IMG/VR virus record: IMGVR_UViG_2974679032_000001
Coordinates: 1 to 64,000 of that record
Length of the DNA stretch: 64,000 nt
Strand: one strand, 5' to 3'
Source of the DNA: a virus
Lineage: Duplodnaviria > Caudoviricetes
Position numbers and translations under genes: made by a program. The notes beneath the pieces are model-generated. The model was not told where the DNA came from. It saw nothing but the letters and a program-made list of their open reading frames with translations, and searched no databases. Shown here in pieces: positions 1-9,324 of the stretch (within the stretch, counting starts at the first letter, position 1; each line of letters begins with the position of its first letter).

Positions 1-633
1 ATGGCCTCGTCTCCCTTCGCCGCTGCGCCCGGCAAGACCACCAGCGTCTCCCCAGCTCAGCTCCATCTGTTCCATCGCAACCCACGCAAGGGCGACATCC
101 CCGCCATCGCGGCCAGCCTCCGCCGCCACACGCAGTACAAGCCGATCACGGCCAACATCGGCACCCATACCGGCCGACCCCATGAGGTGCTGGCCGGGAA
201 CCACACGCTGCTGGCCTTCCGCGAGCTGGCCGAGCAGGAGCCAGACGCCAAGGAGTGGCAGAAGATTCTCGTCCACTGGGTCGATGTCGATGATGACCTG
301 GCCGAGCGGATCGTGGTGGCCGACAACCAGACCAGCCAGCTCGGCGGGTTCGACACCGAGGAGCTGGCCAGCCTGATCGAGGGGTTCGGCGAGGACATCG
401 AGGGCCTGGGATTCACTGAGGCCGACATCAAGATGCTGGCCGATCTCAACGCTGGCCCGCCCGACCTCGATGACCTGGAGAAGGAGCACGGCGACCCCAA
501 GCCGGACGATCACTTCGACGCCATCCGGCTCAAGCTCGACCCCCAGGTCCACGCCCGCTGGATCGACCACCGGGCGGCGTTCGACTCGGACACCGAGGCG
601 ATGGCGGCGCTGTTCGCCGCTGATGCACCGTGA
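1..633 (+). CDS. ParB-like nuclease-domain protein
   Basis: NPRKGDIPAIAASL...VLAGNHTLLA...VVADN, the ParB N-terminal pattern; 4-bp overlap with the next gene. Confidence 0.8.
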   Translation: MASSPFAAAPGKTTSVSPAQLHLFHRNPRKGDIPAIAASLRRHTQYKPITANIGTHTGRPHEVLAGNHTLLAFRELAEQEPDAKEWQKILVHWVDVDDDLAERIVVADNQTSQLGGFDTEELASLIEGFGEDIEGLGFTEADIKMLADLNAGPPDLDDLEKEHGDPKPDDHFDAIRLKLDPQVHARWIDHRAAFDSDTEAMAALFAADAP

Positions 634-1619
634 GCCTGACCATCCCGGCCCCGCGCAACGTCCTGTGCTCGTATCACTTCTTCAAGGACTACGACCTGGA
701 GCGCCTCAAGGGCCTGCGCGTCTGCGGTGACTCGGGAGCCTTCTCGGCCAAGAGCGCCGGGGCGACGATCTCCACCGCCGAGCTGGCGCGCTGGGCCAAG
801 CAATGGCGGCACAAGCTCTGCTGGGTCGCCGCTCTCGACGTGATCGGCGATGCCGAGGCCACGCGGCGCAACTGGCATGAGATGGTCGATGTCCACGGCG
901 TGCCAGGGATGCCCACGGTCCACTTCGGCGCGCCGCCGGAGACGATGGACTACTACGCGGCGCGCGGCGTGGACTTCATCGGCCTCGGCGGGCTGGTGGG
1001 CCGACCGGCCGACGCCCAGATGCGCTGGCTGATCAAGATGTTCATCCACGCCCGCAAGAACCACCCCGAGATGCGCTTCCACGGCTGGGGCGTGACCAAC
1101 CTCCAGGCCCTCCAGCTGCCGTTCTTCTCGGTGGACTCCTCGGGCTGGACCTCCGGCGTGCGTTACGGCCGGGTGAGCCTGCGCGATCCCTCCAACGGCA
1201 AGGTCCATCCGCTGGTGCTCAACGGCAAGGCCACCTACGAGCCGGAGGTCGCGCGCATCCTGGCGCGGCACTACGGCGTGGCCCCGAGCGAGGTGGCCAA
1301 GAGCACGCCTGCCAACCGGCTGCTCATGGTCAAGCTCAACGCCCTGTCGGCCTCGGTGCTGGAGCAGCGGTTCCGGCGGATGCACGGCTCGGTCTCCGCG
1401 CCCAGCTGGGGCCAGCTGGAGGCCGAGGAGGGGCCGCACATGCACCTGTCGATGACCGGGCGATCCGGCCAGGAGTACGACATCGCGGTGCTCACCGCCG
1501 GGCCGCACCTCCACCTGGCCACCATGCAGATCAACAACGCCCATCCCGAGCAGCTCGACGCCCTGGTGGCGTCGGGTGGAACCAGCGCCGACCCCACGAC
1601 CAGAGGAGCCTCGACATGA
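630..1619 (+). CDS. dpdA: TGT-like deazaguanine DNA transglycosylase (DpdA family)
   Basis: DSGAFS, FHGWG and SVDSSGW TGT-fold motifs; directly upstream of queCDE-folE. Confidence 0.8.
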   Translation: MSLTIPAPRNVLCSYHFFKDYDLERLKGLRVCGDSGAFSAKSAGATISTAELARWAKQWRHKLCWVAALDVIGDAEATRRNWHEMVDVHGVPGMPTVHFGAPPETMDYYAARGVDFIGLGGLVGRPADAQMRWLIKMFIHARKNHPEMRFHGWGVTNLQALQLPFFSVDSSGWTSGVRYGRVSLRDPSNGKVHPLVLNGKATYEPEVARILARHYGVAPSEVAKSTPANRLLMVKLNALSASVLEQRFRRMHGSVSAPSWGQLEAEEGPHMHLSMTGRSGQEYDIAVLTAGPHLHLATMQINNAHPEQLDALVASGGTSADPTTRGAST

Positions 1620-2278
1620 CCCTTGCCCTGCTATCCGGCGGGCTGGACTCGACCACGCTGACCCGCTTTGTCAACGCCGACGCGGCGCTGTTCATCGACT
1701 ACGGCCAGCGCCACATCCGCGAGTACGACTCCGCCCTGGCCATTGCGATCTTCTACTCCATCCCGCTCTACGAGCTGAACCTCTCGACCTGGGGCCGTTC
1801 GGTCGAGAGCGCGCTGACCTCCCCTGGCCAGGAGGTGCCGCACGGCCATTACGCGGCCGACAACATGGCCAAGACCGTGGTGCCCAATCGCAACGCGGTG
1901 CTGCTGAGCTGCGCGGCCGGGATCGCGGCCAGCCACGGCCACGACCGGGTGGTGACCGCCGTCCACGCCGGGGATCACGCCGTCTACCCCGACTGCCGCG
2001 AGGACTTCATCAACGCCATCGACGCGGCGACCAACCTGGCCTGCGGCGTGCGGATCGAGGCCCCGTTCGTCCGGCTCTCCAAGGCCGACATCGCCAAGAT
2101 GGCCGGGGAGATGGGCGTGCCCATCGCGCTGACCTGGAGCTGCTACGAGGGCGGCGAGCAGCACTGCGGCCGGTGCGGGACATGCGTCGAGCGCGCCGAG
2201 GCCATCCACCTGGCCGGGATCGCCGACCCCACCCATTACGCCGACGAGGCGTTCTGGCGCACCCAGGTGGCCCAGTGA
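1616..2278 (+). CDS. queC: 7-cyano-7-deazaguanine (preQ0) synthase
   Basis: LLSGGLDST PP-loop, VPNRN, YPDCR, WSCY..HCGRCGTC. Confidence 0.95.
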   Translation: MTLALLSGGLDSTTLTRFVNADAALFIDYGQRHIREYDSALAIAIFYSIPLYELNLSTWGRSVESALTSPGQEVPHGHYAADNMAKTVVPNRNAVLLSCAAGIAASHGHDRVVTAVHAGDHAVYPDCREDFINAIDAATNLACGVRIEAPFVRLSKADIAKMAGEMGVPIALTWSCYEGGEQHCGRCGTCVERAEAIHLAGIADPTHYADEAFWRTQVAQ

Positions 2279-2688
2279 TCGAGCTGACCGTCAAGCACCA
2301 CTTCTCGGCGGGCCATCGCATCCCCGGCCTGCCCGGCGAGGGCGCGAAGTGCTCCAACCTCCACGGCCACACGTTCGGGGTGGCCTGGTCGTTCGAGGTG
2401 CGCTCCCTGGACGCGGGCGAGATGGAGTTCGCCGAGGCCAAGAAGGCGCTGCGCGCCTGGGTGGACGATCACTTCGACCACGGCTACCTGGTCGCGCCCG
2501 GCGACGATGGCCTGGTCGATTACCTCCAGAGCCAGGGCCACAAGTTCGCCTACGTCGAGCCGGTCCCGACCACCGAGGCCATCGCCGCCGCGCTCCTGGA
2601 GGCGGCGAACGATCTCCGGCTCGGCGCGACGTGCGTGCGCGTCCACGTCACCGAGGGGCCGCACAATGAGGCGGTAGCAATCCTATGA
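2275..2688 (+). CDS. queD: 6-carboxy-tetrahydropterin synthase
   Basis: GTG start overlapping the queC stop; FSAGHRI..KCSNLHGHT, FDH, PTTE motifs. Confidence 0.93.
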   Translation: MIELTVKHHFSAGHRIPGLPGEGAKCSNLHGHTFGVAWSFEVRSLDAGEMEFAEAKKALRAWVDDHFDHGYLVAPGDDGLVDYLQSQGHKFAYVEPVPTTEAIAAALLEAANDLRLGATCVRVHVTEGPHNEAVAIL

Positions 2689-3446
2689 CGATGATCGAGG
2701 TGCCCGACATGAGGTTCGCCACCGGGATCGAGGGCGCGCGAGACATGGTGGTCCCGACCTCGGAGGTGTTCGGCCCCACCCTCCAGGGCGAGGGGCCTTA
2801 CGCCGGTCGGCCGGTGCAGTTCCTTCGCACGATGGGCTGCAATCTGAGCTGCTCTTGGTGCGACACGCCCTACACCTGGGACGGCCAGCGGTTCGACCTC
2901 CAGAAGGAGAACCTCGGGCTGACCGGCGGCGAGATCGCCCAGCTCCTCCAGCCGGGCACCGACCTGGTGCTCTCCGGCGGCGAGCCGCTGCTCCACCAGG
3001 CCAACGCCGGACTGCTCTACGCCCTGGACGCCGCGCGCGAGCTGGGCTGCCGGGTCCACGTCGAGACCAACGGCACCATCGCGCCGACCACCGACTTCAT
3101 GGCGCGCTGCTCGATCTGGATGGTCTCGCCCAAGATGCCGCACGCCGGGGTCCACCGCGGCAAGCAGAACCCGGCGCTCAACCCGGCCTGGCCGGAGATC
3201 GCGCGCTGGAACTGGCACGCCCACCTCAAGGTGGTGGTCCGCAACGCCACCGATGTGATGGAGGTGTTCGGCTGGGCCGAGCAGATCGGCTGGCCAAAAT
3301 CTCGAGTATGGGTCATGCCCATCGGCACCACCAGCGAGGAGCTGCTGGCCCGCTGGGAGGAGATCGCCTCGATGGCGGCGCAGCTCAGGATCAACGCCAC
3401 CCAGCGGCTCCATGTGCTGGCGTGGGGCGACACGAAAGGCACATGA
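2685..3446 (+). CDS. queE: 7-carboxy-7-deazaguanine synthase (radical SAM)
   Basis: TLQGEG, CNLSCSWCDT (CxxxCxxC), SGGEPL, ETNGT, VSPK. Confidence 0.95.
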   Translation: MTMIEVPDMRFATGIEGARDMVVPTSEVFGPTLQGEGPYAGRPVQFLRTMGCNLSCSWCDTPYTWDGQRFDLQKENLGLTGGEIAQLLQPGTDLVLSGGEPLLHQANAGLLYALDAARELGCRVHVETNGTIAPTTDFMARCSIWMVSPKMPHAGVHRGKQNPALNPAWPEIARWNWHAHLKVVVRNATDVMEVFGWAEQIGWPKSRVWVMPIGTTSEELLARWEEIASMAAQLRINATQRLHVLAWGDTKGT

Positions 3447-4009
3447 TGGTCAACGTGGACATCGCCGCCCTGGCGATCAAGGAGCTGATCGCGGCGTTCG
3501 GCGTTGAGGAGGACGACCACACCCGCGATACCCCGATGCGCGCCGCCAAGGCGTGGGAGGCGATCCTGGGCGGCTATCTGGAGAACCCGGCCGACCACCT
3601 GGAGCGCACGTTCTCAGCGCCCAACGATCCCGGCCTGGTGATGGTCTCTGGCATCCGCATCCAGTCGATGTGTGCCCATCACCTCCTGCCCTTCTCCGGC
3701 GTGGCCACCGTGGCGTACCGGCCCTCGCCGGGCCAGCGCATCGTCGGGATCAGCAAGCTCGCTCGGGTGATCCAGGGATACTCGCGCCGCCTCCAGGTCC
3801 AGGAGCAGATCGGCTGGCAGACCGTCGAGGCCATCAAGAGCCGCCTCAACCCCAGCTCGGCCATCTGCCAGATCACCGCCGTCCACGACTGCATGAGGCT
3901 GCGCGGGGTCCAGGAGCCGGGCGCGGCGACGACCACCGTGGCCAGCCAGGGCCTCGTTCTCGACCATGAGTGGGCGATGATCGACCGCCAGCACCGCTCG
4001 CATCTCTAG
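3443..4009 (+). CDS. folE: GTP cyclohydrolase I
   Basis: DTPMRAAK, SMCAHHLLPF, GISKLAR, RRLQVQE, HDCMRLRGV; ATG overlapping the queE stop. Confidence 0.95.
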   Translation: MMVNVDIAALAIKELIAAFGVEEDDHTRDTPMRAAKAWEAILGGYLENPADHLERTFSAPNDPGLVMVSGIRIQSMCAHHLLPFSGVATVAYRPSPGQRIVGISKLARVIQGYSRRLQVQEQIGWQTVEAIKSRLNPSSAICQITAVHDCMRLRGVQEPGAATTTVASQGLVLDHEWAMIDRQHRSHL

Positions 4010-4040
4010 TTCCCCGACTCGGGAGGGTAAACTCCGCGCC

Positions 4041-4598
4041 ATGACCAACCGCCTGATCTATCTGGTGGGCCAGCCCGGCTCGGGCAAGTCCACGCTGATG
4101 GCTGACCTGACGGCTCACTTCGACCGCCATCACATCGGCGCGGCTCCCGACTACCCGGTGGCCCATGACGTGCTGACCTCCCGGCCCGACGGCCGCGTGG
4201 TCGGCGCGGAGCTGGGCGTGCGCCGCCAGCACTTCGGCGGCACCGACGCGCTGCCCAGCTCGATCATCGAGAAGGCGGTGCCCTGGATCGAGACCACGCC
4301 GTATCAGCTGGTCCTGGCCGAGGGCGCGCGGCTGGCCAACCGCCGGTTCATCCAGGCGGCGATCAACGGCTCGTATCAGCCTGTCATCGTGCTGCTGGAT
4401 CATCCCCAGGCCGAGGAGTGGCGCAAGGCGCGCAGCGAGGAGCTGGGCCGCACGCAAGACCCGTCCTGGGTCAAGGGGCGGCTGACCTCCAGCCGCCGCC
4501 TGGCGGAGTGGGCCAAGGACCAGGCCATCGAGGTGATCGAGGGCCATCCTGACGAGATCGCCGCCCAGCTGGGAGAGATAATCTCGCAGCATGGCTGA
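4041..4598 (+). CDS. P-loop nucleotide kinase-like protein
   Basis: Walker A GQPGSGKST; FGGTDAL, EGARL and Q..SWVKGR motifs. Confidence 0.8.
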   Translation: MTNRLIYLVGQPGSGKSTLMADLTAHFDRHHIGAAPDYPVAHDVLTSRPDGRVVGAELGVRRQHFGGTDALPSSIIEKAVPWIETTPYQLVLAEGARLANRRFIQAAINGSYQPVIVLLDHPQAEEWRKARSEELGRTQDPSWVKGRLTSSRRLAEWAKDQAIEVIEGHPDEIAAQLGEIISQHG

Positions 4599-6345
4599 CG
4601 AGAAGGCCAAGCGCCCGCCGATCAGGATGCCCGAGCCGGACACCCCGGTGGCCGACGTGTTCGACGCCGACGGGATGTTCGACTCGGCCAAGGCGGCGCT
4701 GATCTTCGAGGAGGCCAAGGGCTGGCCCGCCGAGCAGCGCGCGGCAATGCTCAGCTCGCTCCGAGCCGCCGAGGTGCGCGCCGAGGTCAAGACGGCCTAC
4801 AAGCACCCGGCCGACATCGCCCGCGCGTGCGACCCGAACTTCGTGGTCACCCCCGCGCTGGAGCTGATCTCGACCTCCATCGAGCGCGTGCTCAACTCGC
4901 GCAAGAAGATCAACCTGATGATCACGATGCCGCCGCAGGAGGGCAAGTCCACCACCGCGGCGGTCTGGACGCCCATCCGCGCGCTCCAGCTCAACCCCAA
5001 CCGCCGGATCATCCTGGCCACCTACGCCGACGCCCTGGCCGAGGCCCACAGCCGCGCCATGCGCTCGATCATCCAGACCCACGGCACCGATGTGCGCGAC
5101 AAGCTCACCGGCCTCGCAGCCAAGGACAAGATCGGCCTCAAGCTCTCGCGCGGAGCCAACAAGGTGAGCGCCTGGAGCGTGGAGGGCGGGCGCGGCGGTC
5201 TGGTCGCCGCCGGTATCGGCGCGACGATCACCGGCCTCCCGGCCGACCTGTTCATCATTGATGACCCGTTCAAGAACATGATGGAGGCCGACTCCCACGC
5301 CCACCGCGAGAAGATCGAGGCGTGGTTCTCCAGCGTGGCGCTCACCCGGCTCGCGCCGGACGCCTCGGTGATCCTGATCCAGACGCGCTGGCACCCCGAG
5401 GACTTGGCGGGCAAGGTGCTGGCCGGGGAGAAGCTGCTGCCCAAGAGCGAGAAGTCCTGGCGGCTGATCAACATCCCGGCCATCGCCGAGGAGGGCATCC
5501 CCGACGCGCTCGGCCGCGAGCCAGGCGAGCCGATGAAGTCCGCGCGCGACACGCCCGAGGCCAAGCGCGATTTCAAGGCCACGCGCCGCCAGGTCGGCGA
5601 GCGCACCTGGTACGCGCTCTACCAGGGCAGCCCGCGCAACCCGGCCGGTGGCATCTTCCAGCGGGCCTGGTTCGATCCGCGCCTGCCGATGCCGCCGAGC
5701 TATCCCATCGCCTCCCTGGTGGGCGTTGACCCGGCCGATAGCGGCGAGGGCGACGAGGCCGGGATCATCGGCGGGATGCTGTTCCACGACGGCACCCAGG
5801 GCAAGGTGGCGCTCACCCACGACCGCTCCGGCCAGTTCACCTCGGATCAGTGGGCGCGCGAGGCCGTGCTGCTGGCGCTGGAGATCGGGGCGCGCGAGGT
5901 CAGCGTCGAGGGCTATACGACGAGCAAGACGTACACCCAGGTGGTCCGGCGGGCCTACACCGCGATCCATCAGGAGGCGGTGGCCAAGAAGAACGCCGGG
6001 GCCTTGCTCACGCCCATCGAGCAGCGCGCCATCCCCGACATTCCGCCCTTCATCATCTCGACCTGGCGCGGGGCGAACAAGGCCGACGCGGTGGCCCGCT
6101 CGGGCGGGCTGAGCCAGAGCTTGGAGACCGGCCGCTGCCGCACCGTGGAGTTCTCGCTGGCGGTGTTCGAGGAGCAAGCCGCCGACTGGCAGGCAGGCCA
6201 GCACCAGCCCGACCGGGTGGCGGCGGCGGTCATCGTCCACGACAAGCTCATGGAGCTGGCCAGCGCCAGCCTCCAGCTGACCAACCCCGCCCAGCCAGCC
6301 CAGCAGACCGAGCCGCCCGCCTGGATGCGCCGCAAGATCGGCTAG
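4591..6345 (+). CDS. terminase large subunit
   Basis: MPPQEGKS Walker A, LFIIDDP Walker B, QTRWHPEDL, YQGSP, GVDPA nuclease motif. Confidence 0.95.
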   Translation: MADEKAKRPPIRMPEPDTPVADVFDADGMFDSAKAALIFEEAKGWPAEQRAAMLSSLRAAEVRAEVKTAYKHPADIARACDPNFVVTPALELISTSIERVLNSRKKINLMITMPPQEGKSTTAAVWTPIRALQLNPNRRIILATYADALAEAHSRAMRSIIQTHGTDVRDKLTGLAAKDKIGLKLSRGANKVSAWSVEGGRGGLVAAGIGATITGLPADLFIIDDPFKNMMEADSHAHREKIEAWFSSVALTRLAPDASVILIQTRWHPEDLAGKVLAGEKLLPKSEKSWRLINIPAIAEEGIPDALGREPGEPMKSARDTPEAKRDFKATRRQVGERTWYALYQGSPRNPAGGIFQRAWFDPRLPMPPSYPIASLVGVDPADSGEGDEAGIIGGMLFHDGTQGKVALTHDRSGQFTSDQWAREAVLLALEIGAREVSVEGYTTSKTYTQVVRRAYTAIHQEAVAKKNAGALLTPIEQRAIPDIPPFIISTWRGANKADAVARSGGLSQSLETGRCRTVEFSLAVFEEQAADWQAGQHQPDRVAAAVIVHDKLMELASASLQLTNPAQPAQQTEPPAWMRRKIG

Positions 6346-6920
6346 CTGTCGATCTTGGCCATGATCGTGAGGTGGTCCTTGGGCAGCTGCTCGATGGGAT
6401 AGCCCAGGTAGCGGCACCCGATGGAGGCCACCGCCGTCGCGTCGGCCTCGTTGTTGTTGCTCACCTCGGCCTGGGGCCATCGCTTGGCCACCGCGAGCAT
6501 CACCGAGTCCTTGTCGGTGCCCGGCCCCGCGCCCTTGCCCACGACGTACTTCTTGAGCTGGCTGGTGCCGACCACGATCAGCGGGATGTCGCGCTCCTCG
6601 CACAGCTCGATCACCCGGCCCCATATCCAGGGCAGCACCCACACGCCCTCGCCCTTGGCGGCGTAGGCGAGCGCCTCCATCGCAATGAGGTCCGGCCGGT
6701 GGTCATCGAGGGCCTCGCCGATCTGCTCCAGGAGCCGGTTGACTCGCCGGGCCATCGCCCGCTTGGAGCGGTCGCCGTTCTTGGCCGGAGGCGGCGCGGA
6801 GACGGTGGCGGTGCGCATGACCAGGCCGACCGGCGCGCCGGAGTTGTCGAGGCCCTGGAACGCCACCTGGCAGAGGCCGGTGGCGGTGAGGCTGGTGTCG
6901 ATCCCGAGGACTAGAGGCAT
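6342..6920 (-). CDS. ruvC: RuvC-like Holliday junction resolvase
   Basis: VLGIDTSLTATG, IAME, LKKYVVGKG, NNEADA. Confidence 0.9.
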   Translation of the reverse strand: MPLVLGIDTSLTATGLCQVAFQGLDNSGAPVGLVMRTATVSAPPPAKNGDRSKRAMARRVNRLLEQIGEALDDHRPDLIAMEALAYAAKGEGVWVLPWIWGRVIELCEERDIPLIVVGTSQLKKYVVGKGAGPGTDKDSVMLAVAKRWPQAEVSNNNEADATAVASIGCRYLGYPIEQLPKDHLTIMAKIDS

Positions 6921-6979
6921 GGCAACAACTTACCCGAGGGCGGAGGGAAACTCTGCATCGTTGGGGTATCGTTCCCGAC

Positions 6980-7420
6980 ATGCCTCTTGGACTCGCCATC
7001 GGATACCACCTCCTCGGCTACGCCGTGCTCGTCCTGGTCATCTACACCCTGGCCGTCATGCGCATCGTTCGCCTGATCAACGGCGACACGATCCTCGACC
7101 GGCTCCGGCTGATCCCGGCCCGGCGCGCCGAGAACGCGCGCGAGGCGTATCAGGAGGCCCAGGCCCTCGGCCAGACCGCCCGCGCCGAGCTGTTCAAGCA
7201 CTCGTTTCACCGCTGGAACAAGGTGCTCTACTTCATCGGCTGCCCCTGGTGCGTGAGCATGTGGGTGGCCTTCTCGACGGTCTGGATTCCGCTCTGGTTC
7301 CATGACAACTGGGTGGCGCGCTACTTCGCCATCGCCCTCGCGGTCTCCCACCTGGTGGGCCTATTCGCTCGGTTCGCCGACACCGAGGAGATCGAGATCG
7401 AGGACGATGACGACCAGTAG
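6980..7420 (+). CDS. membrane protein (DUF1360-like)
   Basis: TM segments, R..RLI..D and CPWCVSMW. Confidence 0.7.
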   Translation: MPLGLAIGYHLLGYAVLVLVIYTLAVMRIVRLINGDTILDRLRLIPARRAENAREAYQEAQALGQTARAELFKHSFHRWNKVLYFIGCPWCVSMWVAFSTVWIPLWFHDNWVARYFAIALAVSHLVGLFARFADTEEIEIEDDDDQ

Positions 7421-7446
7421 CACGGCGGGCAGATAACCTGAGTCGC

Positions 7447-9324
7447 ATGGCTGCCTCCAACCTGCGCGTCGTTCGCCGACCCAAGGGCAGCCCGGCGCGG
7501 CGCTCGCTGACCGCCGCCAGCCAGCCGATTGACGATCCGGTCAAGCAGCTGCGCGGCACGATGGTCGCCGACGGGCGCGGCTCCTGGCAGGTCGAGGCGT
7601 GGGAGCTGCTCGATCTCGTCGGCGAGCTTCGCTACTACGTCGGCTGGCGCGCCGGGAGCTGCTCGCGCGTCCGGCTCATCGCGTCGGAGATTGACGAGCA
7701 GACCGGCCTGCCGACCGGCGCGGTGGACGAGGACTCCGCCGAGGCCATGCGCGTGGCCGAGATCGTCAAGGCCATCGCTGGCGGGCCGCTGGGCCAGGCC
7801 CAGATGATCAAGCGCCTCGCCGAGTGCCTCACCGTGCCCGGCGAGGTGTGGCTGGCGATCCTGATCCGCGACGACGGCGAGCTGTGGCTGCCGGTCACCC
7901 GCGAGGAGATGAAGGCCAAGCCAGGCGGCGGCACCGACATCGAGATGCCCGACGGCAAGATGCACCCGTACAACCCGGCCAACGACGCGCTGATCCGTAT
8001 CTGGAACCCGCGCCCGCGCCGGGCGAAGGAGGCCGACTCGCCGGTTCGGGCCTGCCTCGATCCGCTCCGCGAGATCGTGCGGACCAGCAAGAAGATCAAG
8101 AACGCGAGCAAGAGCCGACTGATCGGTAACGGCGTGCTGTTCCTGCCCCAGGAGATGAGCCTCCCGGCTGCCCAGGCCCCGGTGCCCGAGGGCCAGGCCC
8201 AGGTGCCGGGCGCGCCGGTCCCAGTGGTCCAGGGCGTGCCCGCCGCCGACCAGCTCAACAACCTGCTCTACAACGTGGCCAAGGTGTCCATCGAGGACGA
8301 GGACAGCCAGGCCGCGTTCATCCCGATCATGGCCACCGTGCCCGGCGAGCACCTCAAGAACGTCCAGCACATCCGGTTCGGCAATGACGTGACCGAGGTC
8401 GAGATCAAGACCCGCAACGACGCCATCGCACGGCTGGCGATGGGCCTGGATGTCTCGCCGGAGCGCCTGCTCGGGCTGGGCACCAACTCCAACCACTGGA
8501 GCGCCTGGCAGATCGGCGACGAGGATGTCCAGCTCCACATCAGCCCGGTCATGGAGACCATCTGCGCGGCGATCAACCGCGAGGTGCTGCGCATCGTGCT
8601 CCAGCGCGAGAACATCGACCCGGCCAAGTACGTCCTCTGGTACGACGCCAGCCAGCTCACCGTGGACCCCGACAAGACCGACGAGGCCACCGCGGCGAAG
8701 GATCACGGCGCGATCAACAACGAGGCTTACCGCCGCTACCTGGGCCTGGGCGACGAGGACGGCTACGACTTCTCCAGCCTGGAGGGTTGGAAGGTGTGGG
8801 CGCAGGACGCGGTGGCGATGAACCCCGAGCTGATCACCACCCTGCTCCCGCTGCTCGACGCCGAGATTCAGGCGCTCGACTTCCCCCAGCCGGTCGCTCT
8901 GCCGCCTGGCCAGAACGATCCCAACGCCGAGCCGGACGCCGACGAGCCGAGCGGCGCGGACCAGCAGAGCGAGCCGACCACCGAGGACTCCGCCGCCGCC
9001 AATCTCCGGCCCGCAATGCCCGCTGAGATGATCCTGGCCGAGCGGATGTTGGTCACCAGGGCGCTGGAGCTGGCGGGCAAGCGCCGGGCCAATACCAACG
9101 CGCTCAAGAGCCGCCTGGCGGGCCTCCCGGCCCATGACTACCACCGCGTGCTCGGGCCGGTGCCCGAGGCCGACATCGCACGGCTCACCTCGGGATGGGA
9201 CACCGCCCTGGAGGACCACGCGATCTCGATGCTGGGCCTGGACACCGAGGAGCTGCGCGCGCGTGCTCGCCAGATCATCCGGCGCGAGCTGACCGCGCCG
9301 GTCATCGACGCGGAGGTTTCCTGA
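7447..9324 (+). CDS. portal protein
   Basis: 625 aa between terminase and the capsid maturation gene; actinophage portal-like motifs (GELRYYVGW, NHWSAWQ). Confidence 0.85.
   Translation: MAASNLRVVRRPKGSPARRSLTAASQPIDDPVKQLRGTMVADGRGSWQVEAWELLDLVGELRYYVGWRAGSCSRVRLIASEIDEQTGLPTGAVDEDSAEAMRVAEIVKAIAGGPLGQAQMIKRLAECLTVPGEVWLAILIRDDGELWLPVTREEMKAKPGGGTDIEMPDGKMHPYNPANDALIRIWNPRPRRAKEADSPVRACLDPLREIVRTSKKIKNASKSRLIGNGVLFLPQEMSLPAAQAPVPEGQAQVPGAPVPVVQGVPAADQLNNLLYNVAKVSIEDEDSQAAFIPIMATVPGEHLKNVQHIRFGNDVTEVEIKTRNDAIARLAMGLDVSPERLLGLGTNSNHWSAWQIGDEDVQLHISPVMETICAAINREVLRIVLQRENIDPAKYVLWYDASQLTVDPDKTDEATAAKDHGAINNEAYRRYLGLGDEDGYDFSSLEGWKVWAQDAVAMNPELITTLLPLLDAEIQALDFPQPVALPPGQNDPNAEPDADEPSGADQQSEPTTEDSAAANLRPAMPAEMILAERMLVTRALELAGKRRANTNALKSRLAGLPAHDYHRVLGPVPEADIARLTSGWDTALEDHAISMLGLDTEELRARARQIIRRELTAPVIDAEVS

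Noticed and set aside
1576-2274. Long N-terminal extension of QueD in the ORF track (also FolE from 2855, LysA from 42311, MuF from 9195)
   Set aside because: Overlaps genuine upstream genes and is Arg/Pro-rich off-frame sequence; coupled or leaderless starts fit better
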